From Octopus sinensis (lineage: Eukaryota), in the NCBI RefSeq assembly GCF_006345805.1, contig NC_043006.1, positions 98,766,001 through 98,830,000 of the forward strand: a DNA stretch of 64,000 nucleotides, given 5' to 3'. Below, in pieces: positions 1 through 13,403 of this stretch (positions are counted from its first letter, which is position 1; each line of letters begins with the position of its first letter). Under the pieces are notes generated by a model. It did not search any database. It was not told where the DNA came from and saw only the letters and a program-made list of their open reading frames with translations. The position numbers and the translations under genes are program-made.

Positions 1-614
1 TTTATTGTAGTGTGGCAGAGAGATAAAATGATTAACAATACTAGTAGAATTCTAATTTGGAAGAATCAATACAGGGTACGTTGTTGTGTTTGTCTTCCTA
101 TTGCTCATAATGAGGTTCCAGGAGGCTATCCGTTTCTCTTAATTCGGCATGCTAGTTTATACTAAGATCAAAATGCTCTTCCACTTAATGGAGAAGGTAC
201 CACTTGTATTTTCTCTCTTCGATACTAAAACGAATGTATTAATGAAGAATGGAAGCAATACATACACTGGGACAATATCTCAAAGATTTTGGCCTCATTT
301 CTGTTATATTATTCTGTACCAGCAACATTAATCATGGTTCTATAGAAAAAGAGAACAAAGATATTTGCTTTCTTCCTTCTTTTCCCTTCTTTTCCTTCTA
401 CTCTCTGCATCAAATTTCGTACCGTGTTTGTTTTGTCCTCGCTTATTCTAATTTTTTTCCCGTAGGACAGCGTAATATAGGAACTGAACCCGAAAGATTG
501 CTCGGAGATAAATAGCATGTTACACAAATCTGCCAAATCAATGTATCTTAAAATATGGAACTACTAGTAGTTCTTTTATAATTGTATATATGTGTGAGCG
601 TTTGTGCGTGCGTG

Positions 615-620
<6 letters not shown>

Positions 621-667
<47 letters not shown>
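621..667. repeat. (TA)n microsatellite
   Basis: Direct dinucleotide run. Dozens of similar (TA)n/(CA)n tracts occur across the window; only the major ones are listed. Confidence 0.95.
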
Positions 668-671
<4 letters not shown>

Positions 672-753
672 TATAGGATAAATTTCTTTTCGGTAAAAAT
701 TTTTTATCAATAGCCAGCATATGAAAAAATGCCTTTAAAGGTAAAATTTATAC

Positions 754-926
754 ATAATTTACAAGATAAGGGCAGAAGAAAAATTCTAATGCCAAATATG
801 CCGAAACAAAAAAATTTTGTCGATAACCATTATAATTTATGCGTAAATTGTAATGGTTATCGACAAAAAATTTTTTGTTTCGGCATAGTTGGCATTAGAA
901 TTTTTCTTCTGCCCTTATCTTGTAAA

Positions 927-930
<4 letters not shown>
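754..930. repeat. Near-perfect palindrome (arms ~86 bp, 4-nt loop TGCG)
   Basis: 754-839 is the reverse complement of 844-930 with about 3 differences. It sits directly against a (TA)n tract. Confidence 0.95.
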
Positions 931-1500
<570 letters not shown>

Positions 1501-1715
1501 TCATCCCCACTTTTTTAACAGTAACTTTATATATATATATATTTGTGTGTGTGTGTGTGTGTGTGTATTTTTTAATTATTATTTGAGGGAATAAAATCCA
1601 AACTTACAAGGAAAAAAGAATTCAATTTAGAAATACTAAATCAAATTCCACACAATATAATATATATAAAATATATTAAAGTATATTTATTAATTAATTG
1701 TTCTATTATATTTTT

Positions 1716-1802
1716 AACCTGATGAGCGACTATATTTATATTCAAGTGATTTCTTTACTACTATAATCATTTCTTAAATATAGCAGCGAAACACGTGTCG
1801 TT
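1716..1802 (+). ncRNA. Type I hammerhead ribozyme motif with extended stem II
   Basis: CTGATGA 1719-1725; stem II gc..ctatattta/taaatatag..gc; GAAA 1788-1791; minimal palindromic stem III C-ACGT-G; GTC cleavage triplet (after 1799). Stem I is only 3 bp (aac/gtt). Confidence 0.6.
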
Positions 1803-1963
1803 TTTCTACCTATTATATATATTATATTATTTTTGTAATTTACATAATCTTTACTTTTTAATTGTTATTTTAATTTTAACTTTTCTATTATATGTAATTT
1901 TCTAGATTGTGCAATTTAACTATTCCTTTTGAATTGATAAAAGGTGTTTTTTCTCTAATATTT

Positions 1964-2006
<43 letters not shown>

Positions 2007-2009
2007 AAG

Positions 2010-2043
<34 letters not shown>

Positions 2044-4844
2044 TATATATATATTATATATATATATATGTATAGGGTGGGTTATAAAGTTTGAACTAAT
2101 ATCTAAATGTACGCATGTAAGTATATGTATATATTACTTGGGCTCTTAGGTATTTTACCTCTGTTTATGTCACCATCTTCAAATTGATACTTGTAATTTT
2201 TATATGGTGCTATTTTGGTTTTGGTAAGTGCTAATATGTTAGGTGAGTAGTAAATAAATGATTTTGGCCGTGATACTCCCATCTTGTTCGAAAATGACTA
2301 CCGATAACTAGATGTAATTACGGTGATAAATTCAAACGGATTTACAAACAGTGTTGATGTCGCTTCATTTAGTAGTTAGTGCCTCTTATTTGTCAAGCGG
2401 AGCAGTGCAAATCTTTTTTTTGTAATATATTTTTTCTTACTGCATGTTTTGCGTTAAAATTATAAACTTCAGCAAGTAATTTACCGAGTCTTAACATGAA
2501 ATTGTGAATATAAACATTTTACATGTGCTCGTCGTATTTGGTCGGGTTGTCAGATTTTAGAGCCAACTACATGGAAGTTAGCAGTAGTAGTCAGCCACTC
2601 AATTTCAAATATGCTCAAATGTAATTGTGGTTCATATTTCTGTCATAACAAACAACTACGAACCACGGGTATTTTGTTCTAATTCTCTTTCACCTACCGG
2701 GAGTATTTTTTCTAATAATGATAATGGCACTCATATTAATACTAGATTATGAAACGATATCTCCCTGTTTTTAAATTAAAACTATTTTTACTCATAATAT
2801 TTGAACGCGTGACTTCTCCAGGATAAACACTAAGACAGATATCCTAAATCCTACTCGATGTTATATCGTACTTGTAAATAATATGTCACATTTAAGTGAT
2901 AACCCTTGTAAACTATATAATAGAGAACCCAATGAACATGTTTAAATATAATGTATGAATTTTCGAGACAGGTTTAGCGAAGTATGTTTTCTGATTTCTT
3001 AAACAATAAATCAACATGCTTTAATAACTAGGTCCCGTTCTTGCGTGCAGTTATACACGTGTACAACCTTCCGAGTTACTTCTCTTATAGAGAATAAATA
3101 CACATATCATCAGAATCTCTTGAAATATGACAGTTCTGGACTTTTCGTTGCTGAAACATGTCAAAATAAAAGTATATGTGATTAAATAAACTTTATTGTT
3201 AACTGCTGTTTACAATACTATTCAAATAATTACGTAGATTTTCGAGATAACAATTTCCATATATATATCTACAATTATAGAATAACATGGTTAAATAGAA
3301 GAATAACACTAGCTAAATTAGTACCGTGGTTTTCAAAGCTATGTATCTGTTTAATTACCCGTGTCCTTCATGGTTCTGTGGATTCTAATATATCTAAATT
3401 ATATATTGGTTATATCAATTGTTAATGATTTTGTATTTTTCTGCTCGTGTAATGTAAATTTGTGTATGATCCTGTGTATGTATGTGTATCTGTATGTCTG
3501 TTTCTGTTTGTCGGTGTTATAATTGATCGATAAATTTATGAAGGTAGGTGTGTCTGTAGACACGGCGTAGAACAGAGCTATTTATGTTCACTGTTCATTT
3601 CTCGTCAACTACGTGAGACACAATCTTGAGACTGACAGTTATTTAACTGCATATTTTATGCGATCAATATAATTGTCTTGCACAGCTGAACTTACCGCCT
3701 GTCACAATAAGATTACTCGATTTCTGTCACGAAGATATAAGCGCTGAATTAATTGAACTTCCCTAACTAACAATGATGAAGAAAAGAGATTGCAAGCAAT
3801 TCCAGATTTCGACAGACAATTGATAGACGCTTCGAAGAGGTTTCAAATTATTATGCACTTTAAGCAGTTAATAGAGAGCGATGGCATAGCTCAGCCATTA
3901 TATGTGTGGTTACAGTTGTATGTAAATGTGCATGTGTTTGTAAGTACACCTTCATACACACACATACATGTATCCATAAACACACACAAAGACCTTTGCT
4001 TTAACTACAAATATGTACAGGCGTACAGACATGAATATGAATATAGTTTTTGTCACGACATAATTAAAACGGTAATATTTATAATTCTCATAGTGAAGGT
4101 CTTTGTTTCGAGTTGTTCAGTTCCACATTGGACTTTAACCCCGAAAACACTTTGCTATATTAATCTCTAATTTCTCTACTTGTTCTTAGTAGTAAATGTG
4201 TATTACGTCATGTTGAAGAAAAAGCAATAGGTACAAAACAATATATGTGAAAGGAAAGGCGGCTTTGTCATGGATAGAATTCATTTTTAGCAGAATTCTC
4301 CGATGATGTCTAAGTACAACGAAACAAGTATATAATCAACATAACTGAGAATGTTTGCGCTACCAAGGCCAGCTGGTCAAGAAACATAAAGCTGTAGTTT
4401 ATAGTATACTTAATTAAAATAATTGTTTAAGCTAGATAGTCGCTGTCTTTACTATAATAAATGTTATTGCTTAATAATACATTATCAAAATTTTCTTTTA
4501 TTAGTGTATTCCAGAATTAACCATTTTTCAACTTAGTATATTATGTGACATATAATATTTAATACTAAAGTGGTTATTTGCCTTTTTGAAAAGTGTAGGA
4601 TTTTATGTATGAGACTTCTCTATGTGTGATTTAGTCGAGGCTATATTGATCACGAATGATCTATATAAATGGATTACATTCCGACTTATCCTTACTAGTT
4701 TAGTTGTTATGTACTATGAAATATTTATCAAGAAATGCAATTAGCACTGAAGCTAAAGCGATTATCAAATAAATGAAATAATGTACAATAAATGCATATA
4801 TTATATAATGTAATTCAATAACCACGAAGGAAATGCTTTATATG

Positions 4845-5104
<260 letters not shown>

Positions 5105-6104
5105 ATTTTACTTATGTAATGATAAATGTATATAAAGAATATTTTTTAAGTTAATTTTTTTAATAGTAATATATTGTATTCAGTTTCATCTCCATGTTCT
5201 ATTATTGTACGCATTCTATTGACTGGTGCCTAGCAATTGTTCATAACTGAGCTAATATCATAAAATTAAAGACATAACATTAGGAAATAACATGTATTCG
5301 TGGGGAAAGAAAAGGTGACAGTTGTGCGACTAGGTTATTGAATACACTTTAGAAAACGACGGCCATACAAACCTGTTTTTTTCAATTTTATTGCTAATAC
5401 GTTATGCTTCAATATGTGTTCGAATGTACAAATATTTTTGTCGTTTTTACTCGTGCAATTCATAGAATAATAATTTCAGATAATGCACTAGCATGTGGTA
5501 TAACTTCAAGGAAAACTCAATTGTTTTCAGAAAATAATAGAAATCTATAAGTCATTCTGTTTCTCTGTGTTTTAAAAGAAATATATTTTCATTTTTTAAT
5601 ATATTATTCAGGATATATATTAAGAGCGCAATATATAGAATACTTTCACCGGAGGCATCCACTTTATTATTTCTTTGATATATTTCACAAAAAATATTGA
5701 TGCTCCGAACAAGAAATCATCGATTGCAAAAAGTTTGATAAGTATTTTTGCTGCAACTACATAAAGTTAAAAACAACCAAGTGTCTGCAAATCAAAAAAA
5801 ATATACTATAGAAAAAAAGATATTTAATAGGCTACAACGCTAAACGTATGTATATAAGTAGTTATGAATAGGAATCTACGTATCAGTGCATTCATCTATG
5901 CTTCTATGCATGCACATATCCTTGGATGTACCTATCTATGCATGTATGTATATGTCTTTAATTTGATATGTATCTCACACACACACACACACACACACAC
6001 TTATATATATATATATATATAAATTCATATATTCACATTTATCTATCTATTTCTCTATGAATATATATGTAAATACATGTCAATAAATATGCGCGCGCGC
6101 ACAC

Positions 6105-6140
<36 letters not shown>

Positions 6141-6145
<5 letters not shown>

Positions 6146-6444
6146 CATCACGTGACCGACCAGTCCATCAGATGTAGTTACACATCGCTGGTCACAATGC
6201 GTTCGCACTGTTTTAGCCTTTGAATGACGCCACCTTGCTGGCTAAGCGAGCAAGCCAACAGAAGAAAGAGTGGGAGAAAGAATGGTGAAAGAGTACAGCA
6301 GGGATCACCACCCCCTGCCGGAGCCTCGTGGAACTTTTAGGTGTTTTCGCTCAGTAAACACTCACAACGCCCGGTCTGGGAATCGAAACCGCGATCCTGC
6401 GACCGTGAGTCCGCTGCCCTAACCACTAGGCCATTCCGCCTCCA
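6141..6444 (-). mobile_element. tRNA-derived SINE, family C (head GGAGGCGCAATGGCC)
   Basis: Minus-strand tRNA-like head with A box and B box (GTTTCGATTCCC). Closely matches the copy at 38551-38861. Flanked by microsatellites. Confidence 0.85.
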
Positions 6445-6457
6445 CACACACACACAC

Positions 6458-6511
<54 letters not shown>

Positions 6512-6521
6512 CACACATACG

Positions 6522-6556
<35 letters not shown>

Positions 6557-7408
6557 ATATGTGTGTGTGTATGTGCGTGCGTGTGTGTAGTAATACGTAT
6601 GTATGAGTGAGTGTTTTATGAGAAATATCAGTGAAGCAAATGGCATTTTGCGTCGTTCAAAGAGGACGCCCTTGTACTTATGCGAACTTTATTAGCATCG
6701 CTGCCTCTAAGTTTAAAAAGCATATTCTTAATATTATTGATAAATAAGAAAGAAAAAAAAGCAGATTAAAGAAAGAGAATAACATGAAAACGCATATGAA
6801 AATATAACAAAAGTATATGAAATAAATTTTCGTAATTGATAAATATATGTGTATTTCTGTGTCTGTGTGTGCGTTTGTGCGCATTCGTATGTATGTGTGT
6901 GAATGTGTGTGTGTAAGCGAATAGTAGTAAGAATACATAAAAGAGATCTTAACCCTAGCTCAGAGCTTGCATCAGGGTGTTGTACTTCTGTCAAAGTAAA
7001 TCGGTACTGCGCATAAAAATGATTTCATCAGATTGAAGAACAAAAGATTCTATGAAATATACATTCTAAATAAGCTGATTTTACAAACTCTTCTAATGAT
7101 ACGGTCGCTCAAATATTCCTAGAGACATGAAAAAGCGAAGGACAAATAAGCCCGTGTATTAATTTAACGCTCAGGAAGGATGGAAAAGTCTTTGAGAATT
7201 CGAGCTTACGCTATTTGACAGAAGGGTATGCAAATGAAAATGTAGTGAGAAAAAAAACAAGGAGAGAGAAAGAAGGAAAAATATACTTGCGCAGGGCGTG
7301 ATATGAAAGGATTTGTTTTAGGGTTTGAGAATGCACCTAAATTTCTCTATACATCTCTTCTTTCCACCTCCTTCCCCACTCTCTCTCTCTCCATATATAT
7401 ATATATAT

Positions 7409-7574
7409 AGGCGCAGGAGTGGATGCGTAGTAAGTAGCTTGCTAACCAACCACATGGTTCCGGGTTCAGTCCCACTGCGTGGCATCTTGGGCAAGAGTCT
7501 TCTGCTATAGCCCCGGGCCGACCAATGCCTTGTGAGTGGATTTGGTAGACGGAAACTGAAAGAAGCCTGTCGTA

Positions 7575-7630
<56 letters not shown>

Positions 7631-7858
7631 GTTTGTGTGTGTGTTTGTGTGTCTGCGTTTGTTTCCCTAGCATTGCTTGACAACCGATGCTGATGTGTTT
7701 ACGTCCCTGTCACTTAGCGGTTCGGCAAAATAGACCGACAGAATAAGTACTGGGCTTACAAGGAGTGGGTCCCGGGGTCGATTTGCTCGACTGAAGGCGG
7801 TGCTCCTGCATGGCCGCAGTCAAATGACTGAAACAAGTAATAGAGAAGAAAAGAGAAA
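7409..7858 (+). mobile_element. tRNA-derived SINE, family A (head AGGCGCAGGAG, internal (TA)n/(GT)n)
   Basis: tRNA-like head (GGTTCAGTCCC B-box-like). Homologous copies at 37700, 49650 and 52367. Confidence 0.9.
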
Positions 7859-8429
7859 GAAATATATATATATATAGTTAGCAAAAGTTGTTGTGGTATA
7901 TTATTACCAGAGTTCATATAGAGATGTAGAATAAATTCTAGCACTATAAATTTACTACATAAAAATATATTTTATTTACTGGTCGATGATGATTCATAAT
8001 CAAAATGTAGAATCTAGTCGAATGATGTTATCTATGCAAGAAAATTCAGAGATAGAAAATGTAGAAATAACAGCTAAGTGGTGGTTTTCAGTCACGTGGC
8101 ATAGAGAAATAGATGGACATAGCAATGACGTGAATGACTCTAAGTGTAATCGTCTAAGAAGCGAAGAGCAGGTTTAGCAAGCTGTTTTTATCAATAATAC
8201 GCTAGACATTCTAGAAACTTCCAAGAGAAACGCTAAACTTCTTGAATAATTAAGAATCACGTCTCATGACACACATGCTTCGAGAAATATAGTAAAAGAA
8301 GGTTACTCTATAATCTTTCTTGGAAGGGAGATCATTCAACTATCTAGCTACCGGTACACACATACACACACACACACACACAAATACACACACATATTGA
8401 ATAAAGGATCGTGGGTAAGGCCAACACAA

Positions 8430-9600
8430 TGCGAAGTAAATGCAACGTAAACCACAAGAATTAATGTGAATTAATGTAGACTTATCTTTTATTCAATAGT
8501 TCGGGGTTATCATTCCATCTTCAAGAAATTAAGGAATGTTGCCGATGTGCATGTGCGTGAGTGAGTGTGGAGTGGGCATGCGCTGAAAGGCATTGCCATA
8601 TCAACCAAATATCTTCTTGTAACTCTCTTCGATTGTTGATCTTAGTTTTCTTTTGGTGTATGAGTATGGCCTCAGAGATTCTATGCTTGCCCCTGTTCCG
8701 CAGTGTTGCCTTGATATGCACTGGGAATTCTCGGGTCCGGCATTTCCATAGATGTTTCTAGATGTTTCTGTCTGCATGTGTTCTTTAATGCGTGTATGCA
8801 GTTTTCGTGTCGTGCTTCCTATGTAGGACGCGGCACATTTTCCACGGATGATCTCATATACAACATAGGTCCTCTGGCACAATTCAGGGTCATTGAAGGA
8901 GGAGTTCGACAATGTGCACTCCTGGGGGCTAGTGAGAGGTGTTGTTCTTGAACAGAGCTTTTATCAGGGAAGGGCCGGTGTGCACTGTCTGTATGTCGAG
9001 TCCTTCTCTGCGGACTGCGTATTGTATCGCTGCGGTAGTTCTGCCATCAAAGTGTGGTAGCGTTAGGATGTACGTGCTGGACTTGGGAGTACGATGGTTC
9101 TTCCGGGGTTTATAGACCTCGATGTTCTTCAGGCACCGTTATTTATCTAAAATGGTGAGTAGCTATTCAGGTTTATGTCTCTGAGGAACTGATTGCTAAA
9201 GACGGCTTTGTCGGTCACATTACCGCAATTGCTGTTTATACGTGCAATCTCGTTTGTCACGTATGCGGCTTTGGCCTAGTAGGGGGCATAGATTTCGGTG
9301 AGTGGTCAGTCGTTGCTATGGCTGTCGTGTTGGTGGTGGTTGAAGTATTTGTTTTTACTTTTTTGTTGGTCAGTGTGGTGTATATTGTTGTTGGTATTAG
9401 TGGAGGTGTCGGGATGGTGGTAGTGATTGTTGCTGGTCCAGTTAGCAGTAGAATTTAATCTGTTTATTTCTGTTGGTCGATGTGAGGAATATTGTCACCA
9501 GTGTTGCTAGAAGGGGCGGAATGGTTGTAGTAATTGTTGTTGTTGCTGATGTTCAATGAATTCTTGGGCGCGTAGTGTTTGTTCTTAATCCATTGGTATT
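8430..9600 (-). mobile_element. Penelope-like element, decayed; GIY-YIG endonuclease and thumb/linker present, RT core not found
   Basis: Minus-strand peptides TYVVYEIIRGKCAASYIGSTTRKLHTRIKEH (GIY-YIG), ISEAILIHQKKTKINNRRE, YILTLPHFDGRTTAAIQYAVRREGLDIQTVHTGP and AKAAYVTNEIARINSNC. The 3' end carries a decayed TTGAAGA..GAAC pLTR/HHR-like motif near 8480-8525. Confidence 0.8.
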
Positions 9601-9609
9601 TTCATGTAA

Positions 9610-10036
9610 GGTGTTCCTCTCTGTGTTTAGCCCGTTTTGGGTAGTAAAAAAATAGGTATTTCGTCTGTCTTTATTCTGAGTTCAAATTCTGCCGGGGTCG
9701 ACTTTGCCTTTCATCCTTTCGGGGTCAATTAAATAAGTACCAGTTACGCATTGGGGTCGATATAATCGACTTAATCCGTGTGTCTGTCCTTGCTTGTTAC
9801 CTACGTGAGTAGCCACTTGTGGGCAGTAAAGAAATAAGAAACGTTAGCTGCCGGGCGAAATACTTTGCGGTATTTCGTTTGCCTTTACGTTCTGAATTCA
9901 AATTCAACCGAGGTCGATTTTTTCTTTCATCCTATCGGGGTCGATAAATTAAGTACCAGTTGTGTACTGGGGTCGATCTAATCGTTAGGTCCCCCCCCCA
10001 AGAATGGGGCCTTGTGCCCTAGAGTAGAAAAGAATA
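9610..10036 (+). mobile_element. Composite or nested SINE family B copies
   Basis: Repeated TTCTGAGTTCAAATTC..GAGGTCGACTTTGCCTTTCATCCTTTCGGGGTCG core with two alternative tails. Homologous to 25263, 31795 and 55335. Confidence 0.85.
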
Positions 10037-10051
10037 TACCACAAAACTTTT

Positions 10052-10436
10052 ACTCGTTTCAGTCATTGGACTGGGGCCATACTGGAGCACCTTCTTGGAG
10101 TATTTTTTTAGTCGAATGAATTGGATCTAGTACATACTTTTTTAAAGCCTGGTGCTTACTCTATCGGTTTCTTCTGCCGAATCGCAAAGTTATGGGGCCG
10201 TAAACACACCAGCACCGGTAGTCAAGCAGTGGTGCGGGAAAAACACAGACACAGAGACAAACTCACAGATGCGTACACATCTATATACATCTACGACAGT
10301 TTTCGTCCACCAAATCCACTCACAAGGCTTTGGTCGACCCGAGGCTATAGTAGAAAACACAAGGTGACATGCAGTGGGACTGAACCCGAAACCGTGTAGT
10401 TGGGAAGCAAGATTTTTTCCACACAGCCATTCCTGC
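10052..10436 (-). mobile_element. Diverged SINE family A copy
   Basis: Collinear similarity to 7409-7858 on the opposite strand. Confidence 0.75.
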
Positions 10437-10843
10437 GTTCAGTAAAATTTATTCGATGCCTGTCTAAATTATTGTGCATTTCAATGGAATCAGAATTTCG
10501 GTTCTATAAAATTTCTCCTTTTCTGCATGTGGTGAGTAAATTACATCATCTCATAAGGAGGCGTTTAGCTTGGGTGTTTCAACAAGCGTACTATTTACGG
10601 ACGTCTGCTGTGATTAACAAATTTAAAATTAATGATGCTCGCATAGAGAGCAATATGAGTGGCTTAAGCTCTAATCTCACATGGTATGCTAATGTATGAT
10701 CGATGTGTTAGATTATCGATGGTAATTTAATGCTTGCTAATTAGTAGGCTCACTGATTCATGATGGCATTGCAATTAAAGCGCAACATAATGTCAAATGT
10801 ACGAGATTCATGTAACAACGGTAGCAGGAGGCGATACGCTGGA

Positions 10844-10990
<147 letters not shown>

Positions 10991-11890
10991 TTTGTCAGAA
11001 GAGAATCTATTTGTACACGAATAGGTGAAATGATGAACGCAAACGAAACTGAATACCTAGGAATGCTTTATGCAGATGGAATGAAGCATGATGATACGAA
11101 ACAAAAGGGAAAGAAAGATTGTACGAAGCGATAGAAGACCCAGAAACAATTTCGGCAGTAAACTTGCACGTAGTTGCGTTGTTTGATATGGAATTGGAAC
11201 TCTGTAGTGAAGTGAAGATGAGCTAAATGAACTGGGTAGGAGAGCATCTTCCACGTGTAGACATAAGTCATACATACATGAAGGGAGGTAATGTATGAAT
11301 AGAACTGGTATGTATGGAAGGCTGTATGCGTATTGAAGATGGAACTAGCTCAAATATTTAACCTAAATATTTTAGCTCAGCAAAGAAAACTTGAGTTGTG
11401 GTAGTGACAAATGAGGGAATACTGCAAATAGGAAAAACGAAAATAACAAGCCAGAAGAGCTAGACATATAAAGAAGCATTATTCAACAAGTGACTGTATT
11501 TTTAATTCTATGCATCCACAAATGAAGTTGCTGCAGAACTTAGGTGAGAGTACTTAAAGAAAGGAACATTTGAAAAGGTGACTGAGAGTACCATACTGGT
11601 AGCTCACCATGAATTGGAAGGGTCAATCTTAGGAATGAGCAAGTGTCCGTATTGTGCCGAAATTGTAACAGGTTTCACGAAACCATTGCCATATTGTGAA
11701 TGAATGCACTCAAGTTAACCTCAAACCAATATATTTTGTGGGGACATGATAAGGTATCAAATTGCAACATTAGTAACTGTGAAATATGGGGGTTAAGAGA
11801 TGCAAGATGTACCACGAACACAAGCTACAGAGAAGGGATGAGTGAGAAATGTGTAACACCATGTGAGATTTCCCAGTCTAAACGAACCTG
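10991..11890 (+). mobile_element. 5'-truncated, decayed Dong/R4-clade LINE fragment
   Basis: EYLGMLYADGMKHDDTKQK (R4/Dong 'YKYLG..EAD..KH..MK.K' motif), then decayed C-terminal CCHC region (C..C...ETI..IVNEC..WGHDKV) and a 'YHEHK...*DFP' remnant. Starts immediately after (AAT)n. Confidence 0.7.
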
Positions 11891-12107
11891 ATGCTTGAAG
11901 GTGACAGGGTGCAAGTCGTCACCTTCCTATTCTTGGAACTCTCCCCTCCCAACCTTTTTTGAACTCTTGAACTTTTTAGAATCTTCTCCATTCAACCAAT
12001 TTTGATGTCACTGCTTATAACGGAATATTTTAAAGAAACATTCATTATCACTATGGACTCCGTGTGGGCAGTCATCTAAAAGTTTTTGTTCGTCATGATG
12101 CTGACAT

Positions 12108-12212
12108 AAATTCCTTTTCTTTCCTGATGAGAAGGCGGCATAATGCACCCTTTATTCCTTCGGAATTAGGAATATGCAGTCTTCGAAACATATGTCGAGA
12201 ATAAAGGAATTT
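12108..12212 (+). ncRNA. Type I hammerhead ribozyme, intact core
   Basis: Stem I 12108-12123/12197-12212 (4 bp, 2x2 loop, 10 bp); CTGATGA 12124-12130; stem II gaaggc/gtcttc; GAAA 12185-12188; stem III C-ATAT-G; GTC cleavage after 12196. Homologue at 44466-44562. Confidence 0.85.
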
Positions 12213-12245
12213 TGTTAAATCATCGTTCGACTCCATTCTTTCATA

Positions 12246-12293
<48 letters not shown>

Positions 12294-12299
<6 letters not shown>

Positions 12300-12589
12300 A
12301 TTGTAGCGTGGACGGTGTTTATAAACCATTTAAAAAACACACAAAAACCTTTAGATTCACTTCAACATTTAAATTTATTTTATCAAAATATTTTCGTCAT
12401 TTCGAGACCGCGACCTGTTCACTGACAAAATTCCGTGCTGCATCTCACTGAATTTTGTCAGTCAACAGATCGCGGTCTCAAAGCGACGAAAATATTTTTA
12501 CAAAATAAATTTAAATGTTGAAGTGAATCTAACGGTTTTTGTGTGTTTCTTATATGGCTTATAAACACCTTCCACGCTACAATTGTTTT
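12294..12589. repeat. Long palindromic element (140-bp arms, 16-nt loop)
   Basis: 12294-12433 is the imperfect reverse complement of 12450-12589. Begins at a (TA)n tract. Confidence 0.95.
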
Positions 12590-12660
12590 CGTTCCAGCAC
12601 ACGATCTGAGATCAGGTCACTTGCTATGCACGTACATCTCCGCAATATCTTTATATATAC

Positions 12661-12786
<126 letters not shown>

Positions 12787-12907
12787 CACACATACATATA
12801 TTTAATAATATCAAAGAGTAATCAGAAATATTTGAAATTTCCATTGCCAGTAGCATTGCGTGTAAAACATTTTAGTCAATGGACAATATATTATTCACAT
12901 AAATACA

Positions 12908-13293
12908 GTGTACATTTAAATACATAAGAGATATCCATTATAGGATGTCTTGCACGCTAGAAAGGACAGTTAAATTCCAAACCACTTTTAGGGATACAAT
13001 TTCGAAGGAAATGAAACATAAAAACATTTACCATCTAAATACTGGACCAATGGTTTGAGACTTGTTTTAGCAAATAATTTAATTTGCTAGAAGTCTTCTT
13101 CAGCAGGTACACTTTAGCAAATTATTCTATTTGCTAAAATGTCTCAAACATTGCTCCAGGTGTTAGATGGCAAATGTATTTATTTCTCATTCCCTTCGAA
13201 GTTTTATCATTAATAGTGGTTTTGAATTTAACTGTCCTCTCTAGCGTGCAAGGAATCCTATGATGGATATCTCTTACGTGTTTAAATGTACAC
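12908..13293. repeat. Long imperfect inverted repeat (~180-bp arms) with central HHR-like motif
   Basis: gtgtacatttaaatacataagagatatcc... pairs with ...ggatatctcttacgtgtttaaatgtacac. Minus-strand CTGAAGA at 13097-13103. Confidence 0.9.
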
Positions 13294-13300
13294 ACACACA

Positions 13301-13403
<103 letters not shown>

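Noticed and set aside
2160-2700. Possible very old Penelope GIY-YIG remnant on the minus strand
   Set aside because: Resemblance is only a few scattered residues across frames.
3040-3115. CTGATGA on the minus strand (similar hits at 7030, 24600, 33220, 35460, 37100, 41630 and 60230)
   Set aside because: No stem II followed by GAAA and NUH; these are chance heptamers.
4295-4340. CCGATGA-tgtc..aac-GAAA-CAAG-TA HHR-like string
   Set aside because: Core and stem II are both damaged and there is no stem I or flanking repeat; too weak to call.
12590-12640. GAAAACAATTGTA near the palindrome end, resembling an HHR 3' half on the minus strand
   Set aside because: There is an extra A and no properly spaced CTGANGA or stem II.
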